A stretch of DNA of 62,085 nucleotides from NCBI RefSeq assembly GCF_000142905.1, contig NW_013657604.1:1-62085 (forward strand), in the 5' to 3' direction. The notes beneath the pieces are model-generated. The model had not been told where the DNA came from, made no database searches, and saw only the letters and a program-made list of their open reading frames with translations. Shown here one piece after another: positions 31,131-41,408 of this stretch. The position numbers and the translations under genes are program-made. This DNA comes from Thecamonas trahens ATCC 50062. Taxonomy: Eukaryota; Protista; Apusomonadida. The stretch's first letter is position 1; every line of letters starts with the position of its first letter.

Positions 31131-31465
31131 GGCCGGCCTCCCCGGCCACTGTGCGCGGCAAAGAAATTGTAAAGCGGCGCGAAGACCAGTGCCACATACC
31201 AGCCATAGGCGAAGCTCTCGGCCAGGCCGAGGAAAAAGCTCTGCCAGCTCAGCCAAGTGAAGCCAGGAAGGAGCCGGAACCAGCTTTGATACATCGCCTG
31301 GCCGGGAAACAAAAGGTCGAAGCCGACGCAAAGAGCGAAGGTGACGGCCAGGAAGAGGCCTAGGCTCAAGCCGAGCGCCATCACGGGTATTCTTGAAGCA
31401 GACTGAACCGGCAGGGGCGTCCCCGCGCGCGGCGGCGTCCTCGAAGAGATATTGAGATCAGACAT
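31127..31465 (-). CDS. DUF5676-like membrane protein
   Basis: LLPGFTWLSWQSFFLGLAESFAYGWY. Confidence 0.75.
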   Translation of the reverse strand: MSDLNISSRTPPRAGTPLPVQSASRIPVMALGLSLGLFLAVTFALCVGFDLLFPGQAMYQSWFRLLPGFTWLSWQSFFLGLAESFAYGWYVALVFAPLYNFFAAHSGRGGRP

Positions 31466-31817
31466 GGCGGTCCTCCAACTGGGGCGTCGGCGTCTCGGTC
31501 TTGGCACCGGGTCCGACATATTGCTCGGGCGCAGCCTCAAAGCGCTCCCGGCATTCCCGCGAGCAAAAATAATAAACACTGCCGTCATGGACGCTCGGCT
31601 TGGCCTTGTCGGTACTGACGGTCTTGCCACAGACGGGATCGACGTCCTTGGTTGGGGGAATCCACCGCAACTCCTCGGCATTCTTTTGCCGGCTGTGGTT
31701 CGCATCGCCGTGCTTGGCCTTGCCGTGCCCATGTCCCATGACATGGGCGCCGCAGCCGAAGCGCATCATCACGAAGATGATCACCGCCCAGATCAGGAAG
31801 TAGGAAAGCGCGTTCAT
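31458..31817 (-). CDS. Membrane-anchored YHS domain protein
   Basis: TM + MMRFGCGAHVMGHGH; DPVCGK, YYFCSREC. Confidence 0.85.
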   Translation of the reverse strand: MNALSYFLIWAVIIFVMMRFGCGAHVMGHGHGKAKHGDANHSRQKNAEELRWIPPTKDVDPVCGKTVSTDKAKPSVHDGSVYYFCSRECRERFEAAPEQYVGPGAKTETPTPQLEDRHV

Positions 31818-31832
31818 GAACCCTGCCCGCGA

Positions 31833-32279
31833 CTACTTTTTCGCTGCGCTTGTCTTCGAGGCTGCGGTGCCGTCGTTCTCCGACCGCTTCACGGCAGCGC
31901 TCTCGTCGTCCTGGCCCGCCGCCGCTCGGCTCGCCTCGTGCACCAGCCCGGCGCAGCATTTGGACGTGATCTCGGCAAGCTCCCCAACATGGCTGGCGAG
32001 CGCCCCGAAGAGATCGCGATAGGCCTCGGCTTGCCGTTCGAAAAGAGCCTTTGGATCCGAAGCGTTTTCGCCAGGCTCGAACGCCGCGCTCATCTGGCCG
32101 ACGCGGGTTTCAAGGAATTCGGCCTGGCGCCTAGTGACCGCTTCCGTCGTGTCGAACATGAGATTCGTCATGCTCCGGAGCGCTTCAACATTACGCATTT
32201 GCAGGGCCGTGATGGCTTCGAGGTCGAGCCCCCGATACTGCAGAACTGCGGGATTGGTGGGTTTGGATGTGTTTGGCAT
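31833..32279 (-). CDS. Phasin family protein
   Basis: Ala-rich helical protein, RNVEAL..RRQAEF; AAGGAG RBS; PHA context. Confidence 0.75.
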   Translation of the reverse strand: MPNTSKPTNPAVLQYRGLDLEAITALQMRNVEALRSMTNLMFDTTEAVTRRQAEFLETRVGQMSAAFEPGENASDPKALFERQAEAYRDLFGALASHVGELAEITSKCCAGLVHEASRAAAGQDDESAAVKRSENDGTAASKTSAAKK

Positions 32280-32373
32280 GGTCGGCTCCTTCGGATGGTC
32301 CATCAGATTGAGAACGGGTGACCTGAAGCTGGTGCGCGACGGCGCGCCAATGTATTCGGGCCGTCGTTCAGAT

Positions 32374-32400
32374 AGACGGTCCGGGGAGCAATTCGTTACA
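32374..32400 (-). promoter_or_regulatory. ECF-type promoter upstream of the phasin operon; -35 overlaps the sigma stop codon
   Basis: TGTAAC-N16-CGTCT. Confidence 0.7.
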
Positions 32401-33010
32401 GTTCGGAGGGTCCTTCCCCGATCTCCGCACGAACATGGCCGGCGTAGTCGCACTCGCAATCGAGATAGCCATGAATTGGGCAGGTCCGACAGGTCTCTTC
32501 CAGCTGCTGCCGCAAGGCCTGGCGGGCCCGGTGCAGACGCACGCGAAAATTGCTCTCCGTGATGCCGAGCGTGCCAGCGATACTTTGGCGGGACTCGCCG
32601 ATCAAGTCGGCGCGCCACAAGATTTCCGCATACTCCGACTTTAGGGTCGGAAGAAGTTTGTAAAGGCACACACAGACAAAGAGATCGAGATCGCTCTTGG
32701 CTTCGCCGGTCAAGAGCACTGACTCCAGATAGTGGTATTCCGCGTCCCTTTGACGCTTCTTGCCTTGGGCGCGGTAATAGTCGACTAACGTCGTCTCCAA
32801 CACCCGGCGCATCCAGGCGCGCAGCTTTTCCGTGTCGCGAACATCGCCAACCCGGGCAAGCACCTTGACGTAGAAATCGTGCAGAACGTCGGCGGCCTCC
32901 TCTTCATTGCCGAGCCGCCGCGCGAGAAAGCGAAAGAAGTCCTGCTGAATTTCCACCATGACTGCATGGACAGCGTCTCGTGGTGAATCACTGTCTTGAT
33001 CGTCAGTCAT
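32396..33010 (-). CDS. CorE-like ECF sigma factor (CxC + Cys-rich tail)
   Basis: sigma2 (AADVLHD, AWMRR), CVC linker, sigma4 (RVRLHRARQAL), tail CRTCPIHGYLDCEC. Confidence 0.88.
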   Translation of the reverse strand: MTDDQDSDSPRDAVHAVMVEIQQDFFRFLARRLGNEEEAADVLHDFYVKVLARVGDVRDTEKLRAWMRRVLETTLVDYYRAQGKKRQRDAEYHYLESVLLTGEAKSDLDLFVCVCLYKLLPTLKSEYAEILWRADLIGESRQSIAGTLGITESNFRVRLHRARQALRQQLEETCRTCPIHGYLDCECDYAGHVRAEIGEGPSEL

Positions 33011-33117
33011 GTTCTCTCCCGGCCTCGTAGATATGGCGAGAGATCATTTTCACCTGTTGCGATATAAATCTCGAAAATAGCGTGATCGCCGGATGATGAG
33101 CGGGGCTTGGCAACTGC

Positions 33118-34431
33118 TCAGTGACCGCCATGTTTTTCCTCCGCGGTCCAGCGCGACAGAAAGACGCGCTCATAGGCGAACACTGCGGCGATGGCGGCGA
33201 CCGCGATGACCACGATAAGCGGATCTGATTGCAGCTTTATGGCGCCAAAGACGCCGAGCACGAGCGCGTCGAGCGCGATAGCCATAATCAGTACCCAGCC
33301 GCTCGCGTCGATCTCGTGGCGCAGGCGGCGGAACACGCCCCAATGGATCAGGATATCCATCACCAGGTAGAAGAAGGCGCCGAGCGATGCGATGCGGCTG
33401 AGATCAAAAAGCACCGTCAGGACTCCCGCAATCACCACGGTGTAAACCAACGTGTGCTCGCGGATCGGACCGGACATGCCGAAATGACTGTGGGGGATCA
33501 TCTTCATGTCGGTCAGCATCGCCAGCATGCGCGAGACGGCAAAGACACTGGCGAGCAGCCCCGAGGCGGTCGCGACAACAGCAAGCGCGATGGTGAAATA
33601 GAAACCGTAAGGACCGAGGGCCGGTTCGGCTGCCTCCGCGAGCGAATAGTCTTTCGCGGCGACGATCTCGTCGAGCGAGAGACTGGAACCGACCGCGAAC
33701 GCGACCAGCAGATAGACCACCACGCAAATCGCGATTGAAATGATGATCGTGCGGCCGACATTGCGATGCGGATCGACGATCTCGGCGCCACTGTTGGTGA
33801 TCGTCGTGAAGCCCTTGAATGCGAGGATCGAAAACGCGATCGACGCCGTGAAGCCGGCGATCGGGATGGATTGCGACGACCCTGACGCCGGCTCGAAGGT
33901 GAAGCCGCCGGCCACCAGCGCGGCAATGCCGAAGGCGGCGATGCCACCGATTTTCAGGAATGCCATGACGACTGAGAACAGGCCAACGGAGCGATTGCCC
34001 GATATGTTAACAAGATAGGCGAAGACGATCAGCCCGACGCCAAGCGCGGGCACGAGAATGCTGCCTGCCTCTAATTCGAATGGCCTGAGAACGTAGGCGC
34101 CGAAAGTCCGCGCGACGAGACTCTCGTTGATCACCATGGAGAGCGCCATCAGCAAAGCGGCGGCGGCCGCAATTGCCCCCGGCCCATAGGCCTTCTGCAA
34201 GATCATTGCGATTCCGCCAGCGGACGGGAAAGCATTCGACATCTTCACATAGGTATAGGCGCTGAATCCGGTAACGATCCCGCCGGCGATGAAGGAAAGC
34301 GGAAACCACGGGCCCGCAAGTTCTGCAATCTGACCGGTAAGCGCGAAGATTCCCGCTCCGATCATGACGCCGGTGCCCATCGAGACACCGCCGGTCAGAG
34401 TGATGCTGTTCGCCTGGTAATCAGATTTCAT
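33118..34431 (-). CDS. APC family permease
   Basis: GTGVMIGAGIF, FPSAGG, about 12 hydrophobic segments. Confidence 0.88.
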   Translation of the reverse strand: MKSDYQANSITLTGGVSMGTGVMIGAGIFALTGQIAELAGPWFPLSFIAGGIVTGFSAYTYVKMSNAFPSAGGIAMILQKAYGPGAIAAAAALLMALSMVINESLVARTFGAYVLRPFELEAGSILVPALGVGLIVFAYLVNISGNRSVGLFSVVMAFLKIGGIAAFGIAALVAGGFTFEPASGSSQSIPIAGFTASIAFSILAFKGFTTITNSGAEIVDPHRNVGRTIIISIAICVVVYLLVAFAVGSSLSLDEIVAAKDYSLAEAAEPALGPYGFYFTIALAVVATASGLLASVFAVSRMLAMLTDMKMIPHSHFGMSGPIREHTLVYTVVIAGVLTVLFDLSRIASLGAFFYLVMDILIHWGVFRRLRHEIDASGWVLIMAIALDALVLGVFGAIKLQSDPLIVVIAVAAIAAVFAYERVFLSRWTAEEKHGGH

Positions 34432-34532
34432 CAGATCCTCTCGCCCACTCTATAGAATATGGGCATTCCTATACTGCACATTGTCTCTGCCGTTCTGCCC
34501 ACACCAGAAATATTCTATGAGCATTTGGAAGG

Positions 34533-35042
34533 CTAATTCATACTGTCCGTATTTTGAGGTGGCATCGGGGCCGACTTGAACCTCTTGTCCGCGTTGCCGC
34601 GAGTCGGCTCGGTGCAGGATCGCCACGGCCAAAGACGTGCCATCGCGATATATATGAAGGATCCCGACCAAGCGATCAGCAACAGGCCGTTCAAGGCCTC
34701 AACGCCGGTGATGAAGCGGAGGTGATCAGAAGGAAACACATCGCCGAGCCCGAGCGAGGTGTAGCTCACGATCGAAAAATAGAGGTAGTCGAGCGGCTCG
34801 GCGACGGCCAGGCCGCCGAAACCGCCGAGGGCGAGGACGCCATCACCAAGCGCATAGGCGACCGCATAAATCCCAATCTCGATGAGATGCGCTGCGGTCA
34901 CCATAAGAACGATGACCAGGATACGCACACCAGCGGTCATCGCGATGCGCGCCATGCCACCGGACAGCCAACGCAGAACCGCATAATGAAATAAGAACGT
35001 CAATATGGCGAGTGACAGCGCCAGTATTGTCGCGACAAGCAT
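34533..35042 (-). CDS. Ion_trans_2 (K-channel-like) protein
   Basis: YFSIVSYTSLGLGD pore-like motif, GVEALNG. Confidence 0.8.
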   Translation of the reverse strand: MLVATILALSLAILTFLFHYAVLRWLSGGMARIAMTAGVRILVIVLMVTAAHLIEIGIYAVAYALGDGVLALGGFGGLAVAEPLDYLYFSIVSYTSLGLGDVFPSDHLRFITGVEALNGLLLIAWSGSFIYIAMARLWPWRSCTEPTRGNADKRFKSAPMPPQNTDSMN

Positions 35043-35199
35043 TTTGGCCCCTATCCTTCGGCATTCTTGTTTTTAAGTATCTTTGTGGCCGCTTGAACGC
35101 GGAGAAAACGGCATGAAGCACTATGGTCACGCAGCGACGGTAGGTTTGAACGGCATCTTCAAGCTACCTGCCCGTCACCTGCGGATCCGACAGTCAGCA

Positions 35200-36387
35200 T
35201 CAGGACGTCCGCTCCAAGGTGAGTGCGATGCCCTGCCCGCCGCCGATGCAGAGCGTCACCAAGCCCCGCTTGACCCCATTGCGCTCCATTGCATGCAGGA
35301 GTCGCGTCGTCAAAACGGCCCCCGTTGCGCCGATCGGATGACCGTGGGCAATAGCGCCGCCTTCGACGTTGACGATGTCTTGTTCGATTCCGATCTCACG
35401 CGCGAGCGCAACGGCAATGGCGGCAAAGGCCTCATTGATCTCGACGCGGTCGAGATCGCCAACGCTCCAGCCCGCCCGCTCCAGAGCCTGAAAGACGGCC
35501 GGTACCGGTCCGAGGCCGAACATGCCGGGATCGACCGCGCCCACACCGTAGGAAACCAACCTGGCCATGGGTTTAAGACCGTTCTTCTCCGCCCAAGTCG
35601 CCTCGGCGATTATCATCGCCGCCGCGCCGCTGTTGAGTCCCGGCGCATTGCCAGCCGTAATCGTACCCTCCTTGCGGAAGGCAGGCCTGAGCTTGCTCAG
35701 ACTGTCGAGGGTCGTGTCGGGTCGGTTGTGTTCATCGGCGTCGAATGTGGTCGTCTCCTTACGAGTCTTGAGTTCTACCGGAGCGATCTCTTGCTTGAAA
35801 TTGCCAGCAGCCTGCGCCTCGGAAAAGCGCCGCTGAGAGCGTTCGGCCCAGCGATCCTGATCTTCGCGCGTAATCTGAGCCTTCTTCACCAAGTCTTCCG
35901 TGTGCCAGCCGGAGTGCTCGCTGGAAAAGGCGTCGTTCAGGCCGTCACGGAGCATGCTGTCGTGCATCTGGGCATCACCCATGCGATAACCCCAGCGCCC
36001 GTTTTGAACGATGTAGGGGGCCTGGTCCATGTTCTCCATGCCGCCGGCGACCGCGCAGTCGATATGTCCGAGCATGATCTCCTGGGCCGCCGAGGCGATC
36101 GCCTGAGCCCCAGAGCCGCACACCCGATTGACGGTCATCGCTGGCACGCCAACCGGAATGTCAGCACCGATTGCCGCCTGGCGTGAAGGGTTCATTCTGG
36201 CGCCCGCCTGGATCACCTGTCCCATGACCACGGTTTGAACGAGCGAGGGATCGACGCCCGACCGCTCGATCGTCGCGCGGATCGCCGTTGCGCCGAGCTC
36301 GGTCGCCGGCAGATCTTTCAAGGATCCTCCATAGGTGCCGATCGCGGTGCGCACGGGGGTACAAAGCATAACCTGCTTGTGAGTCAT
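35200..36387 (-). CDS. phaA: Acetyl-CoA acetyltransferase (beta-ketothiolase)
   Basis: NRVCGSG, NEAF, GHPIGATG, LCIGGGQG. Confidence 0.93.
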   Translation of the reverse strand: MTHKQVMLCTPVRTAIGTYGGSLKDLPATELGATAIRATIERSGVDPSLVQTVVMGQVIQAGARMNPSRQAAIGADIPVGVPAMTVNRVCGSGAQAIASAAQEIMLGHIDCAVAGGMENMDQAPYIVQNGRWGYRMGDAQMHDSMLRDGLNDAFSSEHSGWHTEDLVKKAQITREDQDRWAERSQRRFSEAQAAGNFKQEIAPVELKTRKETTTFDADEHNRPDTTLDSLSKLRPAFRKEGTITAGNAPGLNSGAAAMIIAEATWAEKNGLKPMARLVSYGVGAVDPGMFGLGPVPAVFQALERAGWSVGDLDRVEINEAFAAIAVALAREIGIEQDIVNVEGGAIAHGHPIGATGAVLTTRLLHAMERNGVKRGLVTLCIGGGQGIALTLERTS

Positions 36388-36438
36388 CGGTGTGCTTTCC
36401 TTCTTGTCTCGCTTGAGTGGATTGGTTCCTGATTCCGC

Positions 36439-37161
36439 TCAGATCAGGTACTGGCCGCCATTGACGGTCAGTGTCGAACCCGTGATGAAACCCGCGTCGT
36501 CGCTCGCCAGAAACACCACGGCCCGGGCAATTTCCTCGGGTTGGCCGAGGCGGCCGACCGGGATCTGGGCGACGATGCTATCGAGAACCTTAGGGGGAAC
36601 GTCGGCGACCATGTCGGTCTCGATATAGCCCGGGGCAATGGCGTTGACGGTGACGCCTTTGGCGGCGCTCTCGAGCGCTAGCGCCTTGGTGAATCCCAGA
36701 AGACCGGCTTTCGCCGCCGCATAGTTGGTCTGGCCCAGTTGGCCCTTCTGGCCATTAATCGAGCTGATGTTGATAATGCGGCCGTAACCGCGCTCCCGCA
36801 TCGGGGAAATGACGGTGCGGCACATAGTGAAACAAGCGGTCAAATCGGTATCGATTACCGCGCGCCAGTGCTCTGACGTTAATTTATGGAGCATAGCGTC
36901 GCGGGTGATCCCCGCATTGTTCACGAGAATCTCGACCGGGCCATATGCGGTGGTGATTTTCGCGACGGCGGCGGCGCAGGCCTCGTCATCGGCCACATCC
37001 CATTTGAAAACAGGGATGCCCGTTGCCGCCTTGAAGTCTTCGGCCGCCAGATCGTTGCCGTGGTAGCTAGCGGCGACCGTATAGCCCGCATCGCGCAGGG
37101 TTCTGGCAATCGCGGAGCCGATTCCGCGCGTGCCGCCGGTCACCAATGCCGTTCGTCCCAT
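36439..37161 (-). CDS. phaB: Acetoacetyl-CoA reductase
   Basis: TGGTRGIG, NNAGITRD, GQKGQLGQTNYAAAKAG. Confidence 0.93.
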   Translation of the reverse strand: MGRTALVTGGTRGIGSAIARTLRDAGYTVAASYHGNDLAAEDFKAATGIPVFKWDVADDEACAAAVAKITTAYGPVEILVNNAGITRDAMLHKLTSEHWRAVIDTDLTACFTMCRTVISPMRERGYGRIINISSINGQKGQLGQTNYAAAKAGLLGFTKALALESAAKGVTVNAIAPGYIETDMVADVPPKVLDSIVAQIPVGRLGQPEEIARAVVFLASDDAGFITGSTLTVNGGQYLI

Positions 37162-37316
37162 GATTTCAACCCCCGTAAGAGATACCAGCCGCTCTGCAAC
37201 GGCCGTTGCAGCCTTGTGCGAAAACTGCAGATTGCGTTGTGTCGCGTTGGGCAAGGTCTTTGATCACGTTCATTCCTCCTGACGGGCTCAATCCTTCGGG
37301 GTCCTCCATGTCTAGA

Positions 37317-37343
37317 AGACGATGCCCGGCTGGCTCCGTTACA
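37317..37343 (-). promoter_or_regulatory. ECF-type promoter upstream of phaB-phaA
   Basis: TGTAAC-N16-CGTCT. Confidence 0.7.
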
Positions 37344-37417
37344 CAAGGAGCGCTGATCGCATAGTCGTTCGACGGGAAGGAAAGCTCCGACCCGCTCCGG
37401 TGGCCGTGAAGGATTTG

Positions 37418-37445
37418 TGTAACTTTCGGCGACCCATTCACGTCT
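37418..37445 (+). promoter_or_regulatory. ECF-type promoter, divergent, upstream of sigma4-only ORF
   Basis: TGTAAC-N17-CGTCT. Confidence 0.6.
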
Positions 37446-37514
37446 TATGTGACGCCAATGAAAATCCGGGTGGGCACACCGTCCCGGTTTTGAGCAGCGG
37501 AGGAGCGAGGCCAA

Positions 37515-37976
37515 GTGATCGAGACGATGGAAGATGGAAACCGCGCCGCTTCAAAAGCCGGCCTGATTGATCCAGATAACGAACAGCTCGTTCATCCAGA
37601 AGGGTTTTTAACCCCAAGGTGCCAGCCATGCCGACGCCAGCGCGACAGCCTTGATGGTGGCGTTTTGGCGGCACACAAAGGCCGGAACGGAAATAGCGAC
37701 GGGGAGGGAGATTCTGGGTGTCCACCGGACTCGGACGGCTCCGACGACACCGAGATGGAGGCAATTCTGCAGGAGTTTATCGAAACGCTTATGCGTCTCT
37801 TGGAACCCCGCTACGCCGAGGTGGTGTGGCGCGCGGAAATTCTGAATCATCCGCCCACCAGGATCGCCACAGATCTCGGTCTCAGCGAACAGATAGTCAT
37901 CAGACGACTTCAGCTAGGCCGCCGGACCCTCCTACACCTCGTCATGTTGACGCTGGAACCCCCTCTTAAGGTTTGA
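37515..37976 (+). CDS. Sigma region 4-only protein related to the CorE-like sigmas
   Basis: LEPRYAEVVWRAEIL..IATDLGLS..RRLQLGRRTL aligns with their sigma4; no sigma2, no Cys tail. Confidence 0.6.
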   Translation: MIETMEDGNRAASKAGLIDPDNEQLVHPEGFLTPRCQPCRRQRDSLDGGVLAAHKGRNGNSDGEGDSGCPPDSDGSDDTEMEAILQEFIETLMRLLEPRYAEVVWRAEILNHPPTRIATDLGLSEQIVIRRLQLGRRTLLHLVMLTLEPPLKV

Positions 37977-38290
37977 TGCCCAAACATTTTGACTGTTCCG
38001 TGCTGGGAAATAAAACGGCAATCAAGAATTTACTTGGAATCGACAGTAGCGACAGATAAATTGGCAATAACTCTCGAGTTTCTGCGAATTTACCCCTGTC
38101 CCGTCCAATCAAGGGATGAGATAGGGGCTGATCTCGAAGAGGGGAGTGACAGGTGGTCTGATGCGATGCAATGATCCTGGATCCTTTCACGCTGAAGCCG
38201 GTGGTAGCCGCGGGAGCGTCTGCCTCGCCGTGGCGCGAAATGAACGCAGAACTTTGTAGTCAAAGAGTACGTGAAGAGAGGATAGAATCA

Positions 38291-39226
38291 ATGAGCCAAG
38301 CCCATAGCGGCCATGCCGGCCACATGCCGTCAAGCGGACGGGGAATGGTGATCTCGGCTTGGCTGACCGGCATCTATTTCGTAATCGAGATGGGCATCGG
38401 CCTCTGGACGGGCTCGATCGCGGTGATTTCCGACGCCTTCCACACCTTCTCGGCGGTGGGTGGCGTACTAGTCGCGATCGTCGCCGCCAAGCTTGCCCGC
38501 CGCCCCGCCGACGAGGATCGCAGTTTCGGCTGGTACCGCGCCGAGATTATCGGAGCGCTCGTCAATGGCGGCTTCCTTCTGGGCATGGCGCTCATCGTGA
38601 TCGTAATGGGTGCGATGCGGCTGTCCGACCCGATCGAGCTGCCTACCGGGCCGATGCTTTGGGCCGCGGCGGGCGGGCTTTTCACCGAGTTTATTTCGCT
38701 CGGCTTGATCTGGAAGCAGAGCCAGAGCGACCTGAACGTGAAAGGCGCACTTTGGCACATCATTCAAACCTTCGTCGGCAGCCTGCTCATTATCGTGACG
38801 GCACTCGTGATTCAATTCACCGGGTTCCTGCTGATCGATCCGATCCTTGGTATGGGCTTCGGCTTCGTGCTGCTCTGGGCCAGCTGGGGCATTCTGCGCG
38901 ACGCTGCTCACCTATTGATGGAAGGCACACCGGCCGACGTCGGCCTGTCCGATGTCACCGGCGCGCTGGAGCAGGTCGAAGGCGTTGCGAATGCCCACCA
39001 CGTTCATGCCTGGGCTCTGACCAGCGGCCGTTACGTCTTCTCCGGTCATGTGCGCGTCGCCGACGAGACCGATCCCCAAGCGGTCCTGGCGGCAGCGCAC
39101 GCCATGCTCAAAGAAAAATTCGGATTCTTCTTCGTCACCTTGCAGGTCGAGGACACCTGCCTTGATGAGTCCGGGGCTGAAGCCATCGACGTGACGCGCA
39201 CGGCAGGGGGCCGCAGCCGGAAATGA
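38291..39226 (+). CDS. Cation diffusion facilitator (CzcD/ZitB-like)
   Basis: SDAFH, FGWYRAE, LNVKGALWH, HHVHAW. Confidence 0.9.
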   Translation: MSQAHSGHAGHMPSSGRGMVISAWLTGIYFVIEMGIGLWTGSIAVISDAFHTFSAVGGVLVAIVAAKLARRPADEDRSFGWYRAEIIGALVNGGFLLGMALIVIVMGAMRLSDPIELPTGPMLWAAAGGLFTEFISLGLIWKQSQSDLNVKGALWHIIQTFVGSLLIIVTALVIQFTGFLLIDPILGMGFGFVLLWASWGILRDAAHLLMEGTPADVGLSDVTGALEQVEGVANAHHVHAWALTSGRYVFSGHVRVADETDPQAVLAAAHAMLKEKFGFFFVTLQVEDTCLDESGAEAIDVTRTAGGRSRK

Positions 39227-40137
39227 AGATCGTTCTCCTGCTCCTGCTGATCACGCTGTCGGAGGCCACAATCGGCGTGTTCGTGAAGCTCACCGACGGA
39301 CTGATCCCGATCCAGACGCTGAATTTCTACGCTCTGAGCTTCGCGGCCGCCTTTCTGATGGCGGTCATGCCGCTGGCGACCGGCCGGCCCTTGCGCTTTC
39401 CGAAAGGCAACCTGAAAGACACCGCGATCATCGGCGTGCTGATCGCCACGCAGATCAGCGTTTTCAACTACGCCATGACGCTGGTGCCCATCGCCAATGC
39501 GGTGATCTTCTGGAGCGTCGCGCCCTTCTTCGTGTTCATCTTCTCGGCGCTGTTTCTCGGTGAAAAGGCACGCAAGAGCTACATCCTGATCTTCGCCGTC
39601 GCGCTGACCGGTATCGTCCTCGCCAAGCCGCTTGAGGGCGGCCACATGATCGGCAACCTCGTCGCACTCGGCGACGGCGCGATCTACGCCGCCATGGTCA
39701 CCTACATGCGCTACGAAGGAAAGACCGAGGCCGGCAACGACATCGCCTGGTCGATGCTCGCGGGGGCGCTGATCCTGTCGCCAGCGCTCATCCTCGCCGG
39801 CCCCGGCACGCCCGCCGCGACCATCTCCTATGCCGCACTCGGGATGGACCTGCCGGTGATGCTCTGGGCAGCGGGGCTGGGCATCGTCTCGACCGGCTTC
39901 GCCTATTTCGGCATCTCCATCGTCCTCAAGACGCTCAACGCCAATGTCTATGCGCTCGTCGATATCATCGTCTCGCCGGTCGTGGCGTCAACGCTGGGCT
40001 ACCTTATCTTCGCCGAAATCCCGGCGCAGGGCATGATCTATGGTGGCGCATTGCTGCTCGGGGCCGGTTTCTGGTTGACCCGCGAGATGTCGCGCGGCGC
40101 GGAAAACCGGGCCGTTCATCCCTGCCAGTGTGCGTGA
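39223..40137 (+). CDS. DMT/EamA family transporter
   Basis: About 10 TM, APFFV..LFLGEK; ends HPCQCA. Confidence 0.8.
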   Translation: MKIVLLLLLITLSEATIGVFVKLTDGLIPIQTLNFYALSFAAAFLMAVMPLATGRPLRFPKGNLKDTAIIGVLIATQISVFNYAMTLVPIANAVIFWSVAPFFVFIFSALFLGEKARKSYILIFAVALTGIVLAKPLEGGHMIGNLVALGDGAIYAAMVTYMRYEGKTEAGNDIAWSMLAGALILSPALILAGPGTPAATISYAALGMDLPVMLWAAGLGIVSTGFAYFGISIVLKTLNANVYALVDIIVSPVVASTLGYLIFAEIPAQGMIYGGALLLGAGFWLTREMSRGAENRAVHPCQCA

Positions 40138-40254
40138 ACCGAACGGATCAACTCGTGTGAATCCAATCAGCAACGACACGAGACTTGGCAGACAAACGCC
40201 AGTAGGTCGTGATGGTGGTGTCGCGGGACGGATAGACGATGGGATGAAAGTCGA

Positions 40255-41148
40255 GTGACCGTTGGAATCATCGCGCAAATCATTCTGGTCATGTTGCTTT
40301 GGGCTGCCTGCTTCCCGCTGATAACCGTCGGCATTGAATTTGCCCCTCACCTGACATTCGCCACGCTGCGCGCGTTCCTGGCAGGCGCAGCGTTGATCAT
40401 CGTCGCGCTTGCATTGCGGCAGCCCCTGCCCAAAAGTCGTCGAATCTGGACAATGTTGGCCATCGTTGGCGCAGGTGCCACCAGCCTGGGCTTCTTGGGG
40501 ATGTTCCATGCCGCGGAATTCGTTTCCCCGGGCATCGCCACTGTAATCGCCAACACCCAACCGCTGTTGGCGGCGGGCCTGGCGGGTATCATCCTCAAAG
40601 AACAGTTGACCGCGCTGGGCAAAGCAGGCCTTGCCTTGGGCTTTATGGGGATACTCGTCATCACTTCGCCCCAGATACTCACCGGCGGGCAAGAAAATTA
40701 CATTCTAGGAGTAGCCTATATTGTCCTGGCTGCACTCGGCGTCACGGTGAGCAACGTTGTAATTAAACGAATTGCCGGAAACGTCGACGCCCTTATGGCA
40801 ATGGGCCTCCAGTTGCTCATCGGCAGTGTTCCGCTCGCTATTGTCGCCTGGGCCACGGAGGAGCCAACAACGATCCGATGGTCGTTGCCATTTGTAGGCG
40901 CGCTCCTTGTTCTCAGTCTGTTCGGGTCGGCGTTAGTATACTGGCTATGGTTCTCCGTGCTGGAGAAAGCGCCTCTCAACCGCGCGAACGCGTTAAGCTT
41001 CCTGATCCCGATTTTCGGCCTTGCAATGGGCGCTTTGTTTTACGGTGAGACCCTTGGCTGGATGCAGATCGTCGGCATTGTCCTTGCGATTCTTGGGGTC
41101 GTGTTGGTGACGCGCAGAGGGACTAAGCCGGCCAGAATGGCCGGATAA
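40255..41148 (+). CDS. DMT/EamA family transporter
   Basis: About 10 TM, LRAFLAG, NTQPLL..LKE, FLIPIFG..GE. Confidence 0.85.
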   Translation: MTVGIIAQIILVMLLWAACFPLITVGIEFAPHLTFATLRAFLAGAALIIVALALRQPLPKSRRIWTMLAIVGAGATSLGFLGMFHAAEFVSPGIATVIANTQPLLAAGLAGIILKEQLTALGKAGLALGFMGILVITSPQILTGGQENYILGVAYIVLAALGVTVSNVVIKRIAGNVDALMAMGLQLLIGSVPLAIVAWATEEPTTIRWSLPFVGALLVLSLFGSALVYWLWFSVLEKAPLNRANALSFLIPIFGLAMGALFYGETLGWMQIVGIVLAILGVVLVTRRGTKPARMAG

Positions 41149-41408
41149 GGGCAACCGTGTTGGTTTGCTGCTGCCCGGCCTAGGTTCGCGCCCGGCGTCC
41201 ACCACAGATTTCTCTCGACTTACCTTCGACCACGGCGGTTGCCCTTACTGAACTACTGTACCGTTACTCTTTATGGCTTTGATTTAGATCAATGCCGTTG
41301 CTCTCGATTCTCGTATTATGAACCCGAAACTCGACCCCTATGGTGGGTTTTAGCGCAAGGCTAGCGTGGGGTGTTTTTGTGCGTTGACCTAAGGCGCTCA
41401 GCCCGAAG

